Origin: an archaeon GW2011_AR10
Lineage (GTDB): Archaea; Iainarchaeota; Iainarchaeia; Iainarchaeales; GW2011-AR10
Assembly: GCA_000830275.1 (NCBI GenBank)
Contig: CP010424.1
Location: 1,200,001-1,232,000, forward strand
Reading direction: 5' to 3'
DNA: 32,000 nt
The notes below the pieces were generated by a model. The model worked only from the letters and a program-made list of their open reading frames with translations. It had not been told where the DNA came from and made no database searches. The position numbers and the translations under genes were made by a program. The first letter of the stretch is position 1. Every line of letters starts with the position of its first letter. Below are positions 30,810 through 32,000 of this stretch, one piece after another.

Positions 30810-31090
30810 TGTTTTTTCTTTTTGCCGGTTTTCCGTTTTCTTGCCTTTGAGGCCTTGGTTTTCTTGAAATGGGGCTTTCTTTTTGGCCTAAAACCTTTTG
30901 ATGGTTTTTTCTTCTGCTTTGCTGGCTCTTTTTTTTCAGGCACTGGTTCAGCTGGCTTGAAGGGCCTAGCATAGCGCCGGTACTTGCTTTTAGCCCAGTG
31001 CTCTGGCTGCTTTTTTCTGAGCTTGAGTTCTTCCGCTAAAAGTTTTTTTCTCAGCTCCTCGCTGGGGGGCATTAAACCAGTAAAAACCAT
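30806..31090 (-). CDS. highly basic Lys-rich protein (hypothetical)
   Basis: 94-aa ORF with a very Lys/Arg/Pro-rich C-terminal half. Its stop overlaps the DHH stop within the palindromic CTAG. Confidence 0.4.
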   Translation of the reverse strand: MVFTGLMPPSEELRKKLLAEELKLRKKQPEHWAKSKYRRYARPFKPAEPVPEKKEPAKQKKKPSKGFRPKRKPHFKKTKASKARKRKTGKKKKH

Positions 31091-31142
31091 GAATTTATAG
31101 TAAGGTTTTCTAGTATTTAAACCAATTGGTGCAATAAGCTTT

Positions 31143-31218
31143 GCTTTTAAATTGCGTTCTGCTCTTAAATTCTGAAAGTTGCTCCTAAATTAGTTAGTAT
31201 CAGTGCTGCACCTAAATT
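31143..31218. repeat. four iteron-like direct repeats GC(T/A)(T/C)(T/C)TAAATT
   Basis: GCTTTTAAATT (31143), GCTCTTAAATT (31161), GCTCCTAAATT (31181) and GCACCTAAATT (31208), spaced 18, 20 and 27 nt apart, upstream of the 30806..31090 gene. Confidence 0.5.
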
Positions 31219-31292
31219 ATTGGTGTTCTAACTTCTCGGTACAGCGGAAAGCTAAAGGAATGGGCGGAACAATGGAAGATTGTTACATAACA

Positions 31293-31799
31293 CTATTTTT
31301 CCTGCCGCCGTTTAATGCTATCCTGTAAGGCCCTGAACGAAGAATGAACCGGATTAACAACAGTAAATACGCCCGGCTCCACCTTAAAAAGAACAGAATA
31401 GGTACTCTCTTTTGGGCCTTTAAAACCAATTATTGCCACGCAACGAAAAGCACCCTCGCTTTCTCTTTTTAATGTGCCACCAGCCCTAGTAAGACTCCCC
31501 CTCTCAATTATATGCCCAGCAATATCAAGCGCCCTTTCTCCAAGTTTAATTGTTGCTGACTCACCCACTACGTATTCTTTATGTACGTTATTCCAGATAA
31601 TATCCGGTTCTTTGCCTTCGTGACTGCTTAAAACTTTAGCACTTACTATTTTTCCTTCCTTAAGAAGTCTGGCAATTGTTTCGGGATTTGGGACTTTCCT
31701 AAACTGAACATGCGTTCTTGGTAGTGGTTTTCCAAAGTTAAAAGTATAGATTGGCGGCCTCTTTTTTTGAGCCCCGCTTGTTACTCTTCTTTTAGGCAT
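31293..31799 (-). CDS. hypothetical protein
   Basis: 168-aa ORF with a basic N-terminus. No family recognised. A tandem TATA-containing repeat lies directly upstream. Confidence 0.5.
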   Translation of the reverse strand: MPKRRVTSGAQKKRPPIYTFNFGKPLPRTHVQFRKVPNPETIARLLKEGKIVSAKVLSSHEGKEPDIIWNNVHKEYVVGESATIKLGERALDIAGHIIERGSLTRAGGTLKRESEGAFRCVAIIGFKGPKESTYSVLFKVEPGVFTVVNPVHSSFRALQDSIKRRQEK

Positions 31800-31820
31800 A
31801 AATAATAAATGATCTCGTAA

Positions 31821-31848
31821 TATATAAAGCTAACTATATAAAGCTAAC
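31821..31848 (-). promoter_or_regulatory. exact tandem duplication of a 14-nt TATA-containing unit
   Basis: TATATAAAGCTAAC occurs twice (31821-31834 and 31835-31848). The minus strand reads GTTAGCTTTATATA, with the proximal TATA about 25-30 nt upstream of ATG 31799. Confidence 0.45.
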
Positions 31849-32000
31849 ACAGTTCGCTCCGTTCAACGAAAAGAAGGCGACAGAAACCTGCACCCAAATT
31901 AACCAACATGCGCCTTTATTCACCAAAAATCAATGATTTAATTGCAAACCCGGTGCAATACTATTCCAAGTGCTTGAGCTTTAAAAAGCAGTTCTCGCAA

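Noticed and set aside
1-32000. CRISPR array or other regularly spaced repeat cluster
   Set aside because: The only repeats are 2-4 copies of short motifs (23327-23397, 31143-31218, 31821-31848, 7123-7147). They lack constant repeat and spacer lengths, and no cas-like genes are present.

Overview
This is an archaeal chromosome segment. The gene content shows it: MCM, aIF5A, an Sm protein, proteasome alpha, RNase P proteins Rpp30 and Pop5, SBDS, exosome Rrp4/Rrp41/Rrp42, L15e, L37ae, RpoP, Pcc1, prefoldin beta and intron-containing tRNAs. Tight packing, many 1-4 nt start/stop overlaps and recurring GGAGGTGA Shine-Dalgarno-like words suggest a small-genome (DPANN/nanoarchaeal-like) lineage, but that is inference only because no database was searched. 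About 50 protein genes are supported, plus two intron-bearing tRNAs. Positions 22.7-30.8 kb form a near-complete archaeal exosome superoperon, with an inserted HD-domain gene and a terminal DHH phosphoesterase. The most unusual region is 19.1-21.5 kb. Two orphan tRNA end-fragments, whose acceptor strands match each other through a compensatory base pair, bracket three things: an AT-rich three-ORF cassette ending in a LAGLIDADG endonuclease, a complete tRNA-Val(GAC) with a non-canonical D-arm intron, and a twin-hairpin element. A second copy of that twin-hairpin element lies upstream of minD. Other notable points: metG has a +1 frameshift inside its HIGH-motif codons and a C-terminal B3/4 (PheRS-beta editing-like) domain. 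There is also an NYN / two small proteins / MinD / Sm cluster, an AT-rich orphan SPPY DNA methyltransferase next to mcm, a hicB gene with a truncated hicA, and several short intergenic repeat families. No CRISPR array, rRNA gene or recognisable defence operon was seen. All family calls come from motif recognition by eye and need HMM or structure confirmation.
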